The notes beneath the pieces are model-generated. The model was not told where the DNA came from. It saw only the letters and a list, made by a program, of their open reading frames with translations, and made no database searches. From positions 1 through 53,465 of IMG/VR virus record IMGVR_UViG_3300025083_000042: 53,465 nucleotides of DNA. One strand, 5' to 3'. Source of the DNA: a virus (taxonomy: Duplodnaviria; Caudoviricetes). Positions 17,701 through 26,849 of the stretch are shown piece by piece. The translations under genes were made by a program, and so were the position numbers. The stretch's first letter is position 1. Each line of letters opens with the position of its first letter.

Positions 17701-19617
17701 CAGTTAGATAGAGATAACCCTGTAACTAAGGCACCATCAGCTGCATGTTATGCACTGTCCGATAATATCGGTGAGGTTGCAATCAATGATCCTAAAAATA
17801 GTATTACTGGAGAAACATTGGAGGAGATGTTCCAACAAGTTGGTGTTGCAATTACAGGAATTATATCGAATAATGTAGGAACTGCGTATACTATCTTTAC
17901 ACAGTATGACCATGGATTGAATAGAATTACTGTTCCGACTATCAATAATCCTGGCGCAGGGTATGGTAATGGTACAAATTCAATTCAATACTACTATAAT
18001 GCAAAACTTCAAAACATCACAAGTGGATCGATTGGTGATTTTGGCACTGGATTAGTCACGATTGATGGTACATCTGCTGGTGAGATTATTGATATTCAAA
18101 TCATGGATGGTGGTTCAGCATTTGCAGCTGGTGATGACTTCCGAGTTGTTGGTATTGCAACAACAACTGGATTTAGTGCAGCCACTGGTAGTGTCAATAA
18201 AGTTTATGACAATAGAGGAGACACTCTCACGTTAACCGGTATCAATGATTATGATGGCAGAAGTTACAATCAATTCTATAGAATTTCTGCCATTTCAGAC
18301 ACTAAACAGATTGAGGTAACTCCAGTTTTAGGTTCTCCTGGTATTACAACATTGGGTTTTGGTCCTGACAAAGTACTCGGTGGTGGTTTCTCTATCATTG
18401 GACCGTCGTTCGATAGTGAAAGTTTTGTTTATAATAAAGATGTCGGTATTGCAACAATAACTACAAAACTGAATAATAACTTTAGAGTTAATAATTCTGT
18501 GATCGTAAGTGGTGCAGGTCAAACATTCTATAATGGATCGTTTGTTTGTATTGATAAAATTGGATTGACCACGGTGGTTATTGATGTAGGTATTAGCACA
18601 GTTACTCCAACAATTGATGGTAATATTCGACTATTCCCATCTGGTTCTTCAGGAAACTTTGGTGACTTAGTTGCAAGAAATGGAAGATTGTCTGGTAGAG
18701 AAAGTCAAGTCTATGCTGGTATTTCGACTACACTTAATTCTGCAATTACTAGTAAAACAACTGATACTATCAATGTCAACAACATGACAGATTACAATTT
18801 CAGAATTGGTGATTTTGTTAGAGTTAATGATGAGTTGATGAGAATTAAAACTACAGTAAGTAGAGTAGCTGGAACTACGCAACTTAAAGTGTTTAGAGGT
18901 GTATATGGTTCTATTGCAAATACCCATGTGATAGGTTCAGTTATTACTCGGGTTAAGTTCTTCCCAGTTGAATTCAGAAGAAACTCAATCATTAGGGCAT
19001 CCGGTCATACTTTTGAGTATATTGGTTACGGTCCTGGCAACTACTCAACTGCATTCCCCGATAAACAGACGAAGAGACTTACACTATCTCAGCAGATTAA
19101 TGCACAGTCACAAACAATTGCCGGCGGTGTTGTCAACTATACTGGTATGAATGATAGAGGTGATTTCTTTATTGGTAACAAGAGAATTGCTTCTAATACA
19201 GGTAGAGAACAAGTATTTGATACTCCAGTTCAAACCTATACTGGCGAAGATCCATATTCAAGTGGTATTTCTGATGATGTATCTGACTTCAACTATATTG
19301 AAGCTTCTATTGTTAAAATTGAAAGAAACATAATGGTTGATGGCGGTGACAAAGGTAATATTCTTTCTCAGTTCAATGGACCTGTAGAATTTACCAAAAA
19401 AGTTATCAGTACATCAGACGAAGGTTTTGAAACTAATAGTGTCTTTATTCAAGGTAATGCTCAAGTTTCAAGAAAGTTGACTGTGGGTATAGCCACACCA
19501 ACAGAGGCTGGTACTCCTGGTGATGTCGTCTTCAACGCAAATCCAGAGAATAGTGGAACAGTTGGTTGGGTTTACACAACAAACAATCAGTGGAGAACCT
19601 TCGGGGTTATCAGTTGA
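14728..19617 (+). CDS. Large virion structural protein (baseplate/fibre-associated, 1629 aa)
   Basis: ILYVDP...D..NQGNS..RPFRTLQRAL beta-helix-type start; G/T/S-rich; shares blocks with 22677..26498. Confidence 0.7.
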   Translation: MPLSRLDNFLKNVKGNILYVDPSNLDATDGIENQGNSFARPFRTLQRALIEASRFSYQVGLDNDRFEKTSIYLFPGTHYIDNRPGWIPSGSGTYLLRSGVNSNDFQSFSNTSNFDIADGNNILYKLNSIHGGVIIPRGVSIIGQDLRKTVIRPIYVPNPENNLIERSAIFRLTGGCYMFQFTLKDADTQRPAYKDYSSSTFKPTFSHHKLTCFEYADGKNNVNINDDFINYVTDRSDLDMYYEKVGIAYGSASGREIEPDYPNASVDIQPKIDEYRIVGPVSGSVGINSIKSGDGITASTGINVKLSSGIFGLNVDTNVIVNNVTDTRYNGTYLVTQVLDTDANGVTEFAYEVPVPPSNALPNPLGSSIELSTDTVTSASPYIFNVSQRSVYGMCGMHADGSKADGFKSMVVAQFTGIGLQVDDKAFVRYNTTSGSFDDSNVVANLHTDINAVYKPQYVNYHIKASNNSLIQLVSIFAIGYAEQFLTESGGDFSVTNSNSNFGQSALISRGYRDLAFAQDDVGYITQIIPPQSLKPQFTTIEYPSIDITKTVGVADTSRMYLYNYTNEDVLPPSTVNGYRFGANNDETLNVVIPVGGQTEVFRARVVMDDTAYATKKITGRKLARLGRNVSTGNSITNSTLMFTEDHQFKQGETVRAISNDGRLPDGLESNRVYFAVVDGLPSNQLQLAQSFNDSLTGNKVGINNLGDTIIVESRVSDKDPGDVGHPVQYDVDESQWYVNVSSASTENNLFSKLNGGGLGNITSRTYIVRQKDSRQSDDRIHQLRFVIPANTGVSSARQPLDGFILQDSSDVTGATNTEVALEFNPGSVTMSNDSQMRNFSFISDVDYKAGITYYSTEKPHRLSIGSTVIINNVRSTLFPTVGTGNSGYNGTYEVTGITSAKTFTVNSISLSAGTFINDTSQRTTTLPTVSRRNFAKDFYVYDVQTINEYINGEQDGVYHLSIINSANEPKVFPFNNNGYAFSQPVTNYYPQLDRDNPVTKAPSAACYALSDNIGEVAINDPKNSITGETLEEMFQQVGVAITGIISNNVGTAYTIFTQYDHGLNRITVPTINNPGAGYGNGTNSIQYYYNAKLQNITSGSIGDFGTGLVTIDGTSAGEIIDIQIMDGGSAFAAGDDFRVVGIATTTGFSAATGSVNKVYDNRGDTLTLTGINDYDGRSYNQFYRISAISDTKQIEVTPVLGSPGITTLGFGPDKVLGGGFSIIGPSFDSESFVYNKDVGIATITTKLNNNFRVNNSVIVSGAGQTFYNGSFVCIDKIGLTTVVIDVGISTVTPTIDGNIRLFPSGSSGNFGDLVARNGRLSGRESQVYAGISTTLNSAITSKTTDTINVNNMTDYNFRIGDFVRVNDELMRIKTTVSRVAGTTQLKVFRGVYGSIANTHVIGSVITRVKFFPVEFRRNSIIRASGHTFEYIGYGPGNYSTAFPDKQTKRLTLSQQINAQSQTIAGGVVNYTGMNDRGDFFIGNKRIASNTGREQVFDTPVQTYTGEDPYSSGISDDVSDFNYIEASIVKIERNIMVDGGDKGNILSQFNGPVEFTKKVISTSDEGFETNSVFIQGNAQVSRKLTVGIATPTEAGTPGDVVFNANPENSGTVGWVYTTNNQWRTFGVIS

Positions 19618-19623
19618 TAAATA
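19616..19623 (+). promoter_or_regulatory. Late promoter GATAAATA
   Basis: Overlaps upstream stop, precedes ATG 19653. Confidence 0.65.
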
Positions 19624-19652
19624 AAAATAATAATTCCTGATTATCAAGATAA

Positions 19653-22274
19653 ATGGCAGTAGATAAGGATTTTGTCATAAGAAATGGCATTCAAGTCAAT
19701 GAGAATTTAATCTATGCTGATGCCGATAGTGACAAGATTGGTATTGGAACTACAACCCCAGACAAAAAACTTGTAATTATTGGTGATAGTGAGGTTAGTA
19801 AACGTCTGGCAGTTGGTACTACAATTACTGCACAAAGACTTGTAACCACGGGTGTTACTACTTCTAATATTGGTCTTGATGTAGGTGTTGGTGGAACGGT
19901 ATTTACTAGTTCTACTCTTACCAAAAAAATTGGTATCAATTCTGCCACTCCTGCATATACTCTGGATGTTATCGGACCAGTTTCGATTGGCCAAACCGCA
20001 GAGTATGTTTTTGGTGACCTGACAGTTACTGGTAATATCAAAGGAACATCTTTGTCAGGTCAAATTTCTGCTGGTGGAACAGTTGGGTTTACGAATGTAA
20101 CTGTAGAAAATAATTTAGTCTCAAATGATGCAGAATTATTCACCAAATTTACATTAGAAGAAGTTAATAGTGATACATTTAGATTTCTAGTTGCAGGTGA
20201 CCCTCCAGGTATTGGGTTTACACAAAACACCGATGATCCAGAACTTTATCTGTTGCGCGGTAAGAAATATGAATTTCATGTGGATTCTGGTGGTTTCCCA
20301 TTCTATATTAAGACTGCACCAACAGCAGACTTGGATAATATTTACAATAATGGTGTAGATGGTAATGGTACCCAGGTTGGTATTCTGACCATTAGAGTTC
20401 CATTTGATGCACCAAATAGACTTTTCTACCAAGCATCTAACGTTGCTGGTATGGGAGCAACAATATATCTACAAAATAATGGTAAACAAATTGATGTTGG
20501 TGTTGCAACAGTTAGAAACAGATTAGATAGTAATGGTTATGCAGACTTTGAGAACATCTATGTATCGGGTATCGGTACAATTAATAACATCAAGAGCAAT
20601 GACTTCAGTGTAAGTGCTGGTATTGTTACCGTAAGACAAGATCAAACGGCCTTTATTGGTGTTTCTACTGGTGCAGATAGAGTTAGTGTTCAGACTACAA
20701 GTAGCAGTGACACACATCAGGTTTCATTTGTAAACAATGTAGGTTTGGGTTCAAACTACCCACTTCACTTAATTGACTCTGATACCAATCAATTAACGTA
20801 TGTTCCTTCCACAAATGTACTGTCTTGTACTAGATTTGTGGGTAATGTATCTGGTATTGCCACTGGTGCGGATAATATTAATATAGACCCTCAAAATGGT
20901 AATACTGATTATCAAGTCATTTTCAGTAATCCTGGTGAATATGACTATAAGAGGATGTATATTGATAGTGAGAGTTCTAGATTAACATATAATCCATCAC
21001 TTAATAGACTGTCAGTAACAAATATCATTGCAACCTCAATCACAGGTGGTTTGATCGGTACTGCAACAAGAGCAGACTTGATTAATGTAGACGAGAAAAA
21101 TAATAATACAAACTATCAAATCTTGTTTAGTGATAATCAAGGTGCTGATTATCAAAGACCTTATATTGATAGTGATTCTAACAAATTACTTTATAATCCT
21201 TCTACAAATACTCTTCAGTCTACCAATATTACTGCAACGACAGTAACTGCTGGTTTGGCAGGTACTGCAACAAGAGCAGACTTTATTAATGTAGATGAAA
21301 CTGGTTCTAATACAAATTATCAAGTTCTTTTCAGTACAAATCAGGCTGCTGGGTATCAAAGACCTTATATCGATAGTGGTTCTGGTCAATTTATCTATAA
21401 TCCATCAACAAATACACTAACTGCCGGTAATTTGGCGGGTAAAGGTGATAATCTTACAAATCTCGATGGTAGTAATATTTCACAGGGTCTTATTAATGAG
21501 GCAAGACTACCTAACGCAACAACATCTGCACAGGGTGTAGTTCAACTTGATAACACATATCCTCCTACAAGTACCTCTACAACAAAAACTGCGACCACAA
21601 ATGTCTCTAGACAACTTTATAATGGTATAAAAAATCTTATTTCTTCCGGGTCTCAGATGCTGTTCTACCAGGCATCTGCACCAACCGGTTGGACAAAAGT
21701 GACTACACATAATAACAAAACATTACGTGTTGTTTCTGGTTCTGGTGGTGGTTCTGGTGGTACTAATAGTTTCACCAGTGCATTTTCTGAGAGGTCTGTT
21801 CCAGTACCTACTCATAATCATACTGCAAGTGCCGGAGATCAATCAGCCAATCATACTCATGGTGGAGAAGCAGTAACTGCTGCTGCAAATCACTCTCATA
21901 GCGGAAGTGCAGGTTTCCAAAATGTACCTCATAACCACGGTATTAATGCCGGTGGTGTGAACGGCAGCTTTATTACAGGTCTTAACTACAATAGAAGTGA
22001 TTTTGACTCTGACGGCAGAAAAGAAGCAGTAACTGATATCAGTTTTAACAAAGGTGGCGTTGGTTATTCAAACCAAAATGTGCGACAAGGTAATGCTGGG
22101 CATAGTCATAGCATTAGTACGAATGCTGCAAACGCAGATCACGGTCACAATCTTAGTATTAATGCACAAAATGCAGACCATCAACACACAATTACTGTTG
22201 GTAATACCGGAACTGTAAACAACATGGACTTCCGTGTCCAATACATTGATGTAATTATTTGTAAGAAGAACTAA
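19653..22274 (+). CDS. Tail fibre with internal repeats, collar-like segment and His-rich needle tip
   Basis: KIGIGTTTP motifs, repeated NYQ(V/I)LFS...YIDS...YNPS units, FYQASAPTGWTK collar-like motif, seven HxH motifs, YIDVIIC C-terminus. Confidence 0.8.
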   Translation: MAVDKDFVIRNGIQVNENLIYADADSDKIGIGTTTPDKKLVIIGDSEVSKRLAVGTTITAQRLVTTGVTTSNIGLDVGVGGTVFTSSTLTKKIGINSATPAYTLDVIGPVSIGQTAEYVFGDLTVTGNIKGTSLSGQISAGGTVGFTNVTVENNLVSNDAELFTKFTLEEVNSDTFRFLVAGDPPGIGFTQNTDDPELYLLRGKKYEFHVDSGGFPFYIKTAPTADLDNIYNNGVDGNGTQVGILTIRVPFDAPNRLFYQASNVAGMGATIYLQNNGKQIDVGVATVRNRLDSNGYADFENIYVSGIGTINNIKSNDFSVSAGIVTVRQDQTAFIGVSTGADRVSVQTTSSSDTHQVSFVNNVGLGSNYPLHLIDSDTNQLTYVPSTNVLSCTRFVGNVSGIATGADNINIDPQNGNTDYQVIFSNPGEYDYKRMYIDSESSRLTYNPSLNRLSVTNIIATSITGGLIGTATRADLINVDEKNNNTNYQILFSDNQGADYQRPYIDSDSNKLLYNPSTNTLQSTNITATTVTAGLAGTATRADFINVDETGSNTNYQVLFSTNQAAGYQRPYIDSGSGQFIYNPSTNTLTAGNLAGKGDNLTNLDGSNISQGLINEARLPNATTSAQGVVQLDNTYPPTSTSTTKTATTNVSRQLYNGIKNLISSGSQMLFYQASAPTGWTKVTTHNNKTLRVVSGSGGGSGGTNSFTSAFSERSVPVPTHNHTASAGDQSANHTHGGEAVTAAANHSHSGSAGFQNVPHNHGINAGGVNGSFITGLNYNRSDFDSDGRKEAVTDISFNKGGVGYSNQNVRQGNAGHSHSISTNAANADHGHNLSINAQNADHQHTITVGNTGTVNNMDFRVQYIDVIICKKN

Positions 22275-22280
22275 ATACCC

Positions 22281-22601
22281 TTATTCACCCCCTATCATAG
22301 GGGGATTAAGTGGAGTTATTTGAGCAACATTTATTCCCTGTTGAAGGGCATGTGCATAAAGTTGTTGGTTCTGATGATTTGCTTCTACTACTTCATTTCT
22401 GAAACTTTCTACAGCAGCTCCAGTTTGATTTGACTTTTGTGCAATTTCTACTGTCATCATAGGCATCCATGATACCGCACAACGCCAATCATCAATCTCT
22501 TCCCCAGTATTAGGATTTGTTCCTCTTACACATGTATACCAGGCACATTTATGTTCAACACATTTCTTTTGAATTAACGGACAAAATTCGCCTTTTTTCA
22601 T
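22281..22601 (-). CDS. Small Cys-rich protein, antisense to fibre array
   Basis: CPLIQKKCVEHKCAWY...WRCAVSW; fills the gap between two fibre genes; own late promoter. Confidence 0.75.
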   Translation of the reverse strand: MKKGEFCPLIQKKCVEHKCAWYTCVRGTNPNTGEEIDDWRCAVSWMPMMTVEIAQKSNQTGAAVESFRNEVVEANHQNQQLYAHALQQGINVAQITPLNPPMIGGE

Positions 22602-22624
22602 GATATATCATCATACCTGAAAAA

Positions 22625-22649
22625 TATTTATATATACTGGTTATAAATA
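22625..22649. promoter_or_regulatory. Back-to-back late promoters TATAAATA (minus 22625-22632; plus 22642-22649)
   Basis: Exact T4 late consensus on both strands between divergent genes. Confidence 0.75.
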
Positions 22650-22676
22650 AAAACAACGGATAAAACATTATAGATA

Positions 22677-25600
22677 ATGTCTTTACTTAGGGCCGACAAG
22701 ATAGCCAATAGGTTCAATAACAGTGGTCCTATTATCGTAGGTCCTTCTACTGTAAGTGGAAATTTTACTGTTACTGGAATACTTACCGCACTGGGTATTG
22801 GGGTAACGAACAATGTTCTGGTTGGTGGAGCACTAACCGCCAAGTTCATCAATGCAACCAATAGTGCATCATTATTCAATTCATCTCTTACTGGTATCAC
22901 CACTGCCGGTATTATCACCGGTGCAACGTATTTTGGTGATGGTGTCAATCTAACAGGTATTGTAACTGAAATTCAACCTGGTCCTGGTATCCAGATTTCA
23001 CCAATATCCGGTAAAGGAAAACTTACAATCTCGGCAAATGGAGTTGTAGTTTCTGGGTATTCAACTAATTCTGGTCTTGCAACTGATGTAAAAGGTGGTG
23101 CGGCTGGTGCTATCTTGTATCAGGCTGGTCCAAATGATACAGCATTCACTGCATCAGGTACAGCTGGAGAAATTCTTCAATCACAAGGAACAGGAACTCC
23201 TGTTTGGACATCACTTGCAGCAATTAATGTCTCCTATGCAGACAGTGCAGGTATTTCTACTAACCTAAAAGGTGGTTCTTCTGGTAGGATTCCTTATCAA
23301 ACAGGACAAAATGCAACTGGATTCTTACCGATTGGTCCCACAGGTAATCTTCTTCTAGGCCAAGGTACAGCTGCACCAACTTGGATTGACCCTAAAGCAA
23401 ATTTAGATGTCAGATATGCAAGACTATCTGGTATCTCTACGAGTGCAATTGGTGGTATTGCTTCTGTTACTTCATTAAGTGTTACTGGTATCACCACACT
23501 GAGTGGTGGCAATGTAGTTATAGATAAAGACCTTCGTGTTACTGGGGTTACAACTGCAGCTAATGTGGTTGTCACTGGTGTTTCTACCATTGCAACTCTG
23601 AAGGTAGGTACAGGAGCTGGTGCAACAGTTGGTGTTACTACCATTCTAGATGAAGATACCTTTGGCTCAAATAGTAACGAGGCACTTGCAACTCAACAAT
23701 CAATTAAGGCATATGTTGACAATGCCGCAGGTAATGTATCACTAGAATATGGTGGTAATATTGGTACCAGTAGTATTGACCTTGATGGTGAAAGGTTTGA
23801 TATTCTGGGTAGAACTAGTGAAATCTATACCATAGGTACAGGTCTTACAATTACTGTAGGTCTTAATACTGATGTTACTATTCCACGAGACTTCACAGTC
23901 ACGAGAAATTCAACACTTGGTCTTTCTACTATATCGACACTTGGTGTTACTGGTGTTGCGACTGCACAATATCTTGATGTTACTGGTGTAGCTACAGCTG
24001 CAACACTTGGTGTTACTGGACTCACAACTACCCAGTTCTTAGAAGTCACTGGCGTCTCTACGATTGCAACACTAGGTGTTACTGGAGTTACAACTACAAG
24101 AGAACTGATCGTAACTGGTGTTTCTTCACTGACTGGTTCATTAGTTGTCTCTGGCATCACAACACTTGCATCTGATGGTGGTATTACGACGACTGGTGGT
24201 GACCTTTATGTTGCTGGCAATCTAAATGTTGTTGGTGACCTTGTATATGATGAGGTTACTGGTAGAAACCTGAATATTACTGGTGTTGCAACAATTGCAA
24301 ACCTTGGTATCACCGGTCTTACCACTACAAAAGACCTATTAGTAACTGGTATTTCTACTCTCACTGGGTTCTCAACCTTCCTGAGTGATGTTTATATCTC
24401 TGGTATTACATCAGTAGGTGCAGCTGTTACAATGTACCCCACAACGGGTATTGTAAGTGCTACAGCCTTCTATGGTGATGGTTCAAACCTGACTGGTGTT
24501 GTTGGTCTGGTATCTGTTACTAACCAAATCTATGTTACACCTGATGGTAATGATGAAAATGATGGTTACCTAATTTCTACTGCAAAGAGAACTGTTGGTT
24601 CTGCTCTTACGATTGCAGAAGCATCATCGGTTATTAGAATTTCTGCTGGTAATTATTCAGAAAACAATCCAATCATTATTCCAGAACAGGTCACACTTCT
24701 TGGTGACAGTTTGAGAGAAGTCTCAATTATTCCACAAAACCCTGACGAAGATCTCATTTATGTTGCAAATGGTAGTTATGTTGAGAATATGTCATTTACG
24801 GGTTCATTGAATGAAGGTAAGGCAATTATCGCATTCAATCCCAACAAACCATCTTATGTAACACAGGGCCCTTACATTAGGAACTGTACAAACTTCATCT
24901 CTAATAGTATTGGTATGAAGATTGACGGTAGACATGTCATTGGTGACACCAGAGCAATGAACGTTGACTCATATACTCAACTCAATCAGGGTGGTATTGG
25001 TGTTTCAGTCTCTAATGAAGGTTATGCCCAGTTAGTTTCAATCTTTACTATCTACAACGACCAAAGTATTGTTTGTATCAACGGTGGTCAATGTGACCTG
25101 ACAAACTCCAACTCTTCCTTTGGTAGGTTGGGTCTTGTTGCTGATGGTATTGGTCCAACAAACTTTATTGGAACTGTTACTGAATTTACATCTGCTGGGT
25201 CGAATGCATTCCCAATTGATATTAGTACCGACAGCATTAACATCACAAATGCAACATACGATAATGTAACTGGTCTGACTACAATTACAACAGCAACCAA
25301 TCATGGTTATAATGTTGGTATGTCAGTCTCAATGAGAGATATGACATTTACATGTGACTCACAACTTGCTGTCACATCATTCGGTATCTCTACTGCAAAT
25401 TATAGTAATGTGACTGGTGTGATGACGGTATCAACCAGTATTGCAAATAACTTCTATGTTGGTGCAAGTGTCACATTCTCGCAGTTAGTATTCAGTTGTA
25501 ATTCTGGTGGGGGTATTTCTACTGCATACTTCCCGCCTGCACTTGGCGACAACAACGGTGTTGCAAATCATGTATTTGATGTTGTCGGTATTAACTCAGC

Positions 25601-26498
25601 AAGAGAGTTTGAGGTTAATGTAGGTCCTTCGACAATTGTTCATAACTATCAAACTGGTGGTAATGTAAGTATCAGTACATTTGCACCATTCCCAAGTGGT
25701 GCATTTGGTAGTATCTTTACTGTCGATTCTGTTCCAGCAACAAATCAGTTTAGAGCCTATGTTGGAGTATCAACCTTAGCACATACATATTCTTCTGGTG
25801 GTCAAGTAGAAACATTTACATCATTGCCTTATGATGGTCAGGTTGTATACCTTGACGAAATTTATAACACTATAAAAGGTGTTAATATTACAAGTGGTGG
25901 TTCTGGTTACACATCACCTCCGGTAGTTACTTTCTCTGATCCTTCAGAATCATGGGGTATCAAGGCAACTGGTGTTGCACGACTGACTGGTGGTTCTGTG
26001 ACATCTGTGGACATGATTTCTAATGGTAGAGGTTATACAGGAACACCTACGGTATCCTTTACTGGGTCTGCTACAGGTACTCCTGATGTCTTACCTACAT
26101 ACTATGTGGTCAGTAGTGCAACTCCAGTTGTTGGTGGTATCACTACAGTCACATTCACAGAAAATGTACCTTATGCGGTTGGTGTAGGAACTACCGTTCC
26201 ATTCTTCAAACAAAGTAGAGTACTTGCTTCATCTCAAGCATTTGAATATATCGGTTCTGGTAATACTGCTCTTACCGCTCTCCCACAAAGAGGTGGTATT
26301 GCAATCCCAGAGAATGAAATTGTAAATAAGAATGGTGGTTTGGTAATCTTTACTTCTACCGATCAAGCAGGCAACTTCAAGATTGGTGAAGGAGTTATTA
26401 TTAATCAACTTGAAGGATCTATTACTGGTGATGCTTACAACAGAAGCCTATTTGCCAATATCACACCTTATATTCTCGCATTAGGAGGAGATTCATAA
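22677..26498 (+). CDS. Tail fibre/tailspike-like protein (1273 aa)
   Basis: Many VTG(V/I)(S/T)T repeats, then IYVTPDGNDENDG beta-helix-type domain. Confidence 0.75.
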   Translation: MSLLRADKIANRFNNSGPIIVGPSTVSGNFTVTGILTALGIGVTNNVLVGGALTAKFINATNSASLFNSSLTGITTAGIITGATYFGDGVNLTGIVTEIQPGPGIQISPISGKGKLTISANGVVVSGYSTNSGLATDVKGGAAGAILYQAGPNDTAFTASGTAGEILQSQGTGTPVWTSLAAINVSYADSAGISTNLKGGSSGRIPYQTGQNATGFLPIGPTGNLLLGQGTAAPTWIDPKANLDVRYARLSGISTSAIGGIASVTSLSVTGITTLSGGNVVIDKDLRVTGVTTAANVVVTGVSTIATLKVGTGAGATVGVTTILDEDTFGSNSNEALATQQSIKAYVDNAAGNVSLEYGGNIGTSSIDLDGERFDILGRTSEIYTIGTGLTITVGLNTDVTIPRDFTVTRNSTLGLSTISTLGVTGVATAQYLDVTGVATAATLGVTGLTTTQFLEVTGVSTIATLGVTGVTTTRELIVTGVSSLTGSLVVSGITTLASDGGITTTGGDLYVAGNLNVVGDLVYDEVTGRNLNITGVATIANLGITGLTTTKDLLVTGISTLTGFSTFLSDVYISGITSVGAAVTMYPTTGIVSATAFYGDGSNLTGVVGLVSVTNQIYVTPDGNDENDGYLISTAKRTVGSALTIAEASSVIRISAGNYSENNPIIIPEQVTLLGDSLREVSIIPQNPDEDLIYVANGSYVENMSFTGSLNEGKAIIAFNPNKPSYVTQGPYIRNCTNFISNSIGMKIDGRHVIGDTRAMNVDSYTQLNQGGIGVSVSNEGYAQLVSIFTIYNDQSIVCINGGQCDLTNSNSSFGRLGLVADGIGPTNFIGTVTEFTSAGSNAFPIDISTDSINITNATYDNVTGLTTITTATNHGYNVGMSVSMRDMTFTCDSQLAVTSFGISTANYSNVTGVMTVSTSIANNFYVGASVTFSQLVFSCNSGGGISTAYFPPALGDNNGVANHVFDVVGINSAREFEVNVGPSTIVHNYQTGGNVSISTFAPFPSGAFGSIFTVDSVPATNQFRAYVGVSTLAHTYSSGGQVETFTSLPYDGQVVYLDEIYNTIKGVNITSGGSGYTSPPVVTFSDPSESWGIKATGVARLTGGSVTSVDMISNGRGYTGTPTVSFTGSATGTPDVLPTYYVVSSATPVVGGITTVTFTENVPYAVGVGTTVPFFKQSRVLASSQAFEYIGSGNTALTALPQRGGIAIPENEIVNKNGGLVIFTSTDQAGNFKIGEGVIINQLEGSITGDAYNRSLFANITPYILALGGDS

Positions 26499-26499
26499 A

Positions 26500-26844
26500 A
26501 TGGCATTAGCCCTTAACAATTATCAGACAATCACAGGTGTTGTCGGACTCAATACGGTAGGTATCTATACAGCACCTACTGGATATAGTGCTATTGTCCT
26601 TTTAGCACAAACCACCAACGTTGGTAGTGACACACAAACTATCAGTTTCTCTCACGAGAGAACAACCGCAGGTATTGCAGTAACTACCGAAATTCTAAAA
26701 GGTTTCCCAGTACCAGCAAACGATGCTGCAAATCTTTTGGCAGGTAAACTTGTTCTTGAAACTGGAGATTCTCTTGTCATATCATCAAGTAGCAATACTG
26801 ACGTGAAATTCATCTCATCTATCTTAGAGACACTTAATCAGTAA
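26500..26844 (+). CDS. Small fibre-associated protein, paralogue of 28447..28974
   Basis: YTAP...IVL...N...PVP...GKLVLE pattern; AGGAGG SD. Confidence 0.65.
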   Translation: MALALNNYQTITGVVGLNTVGIYTAPTGYSAIVLLAQTTNVGSDTQTISFSHERTTAGIAVTTEILKGFPVPANDAANLLAGKLVLETGDSLVISSSSNTDVKFISSILETLNQ

Positions 26845-26849
26845 TAACG

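Noticed and set aside
22281-22601. Antisense gene as an invertible (shufflon-type) segment
   Set aside because: No flanking inverted repeats beyond the AT-rich promoters and no invertase seen
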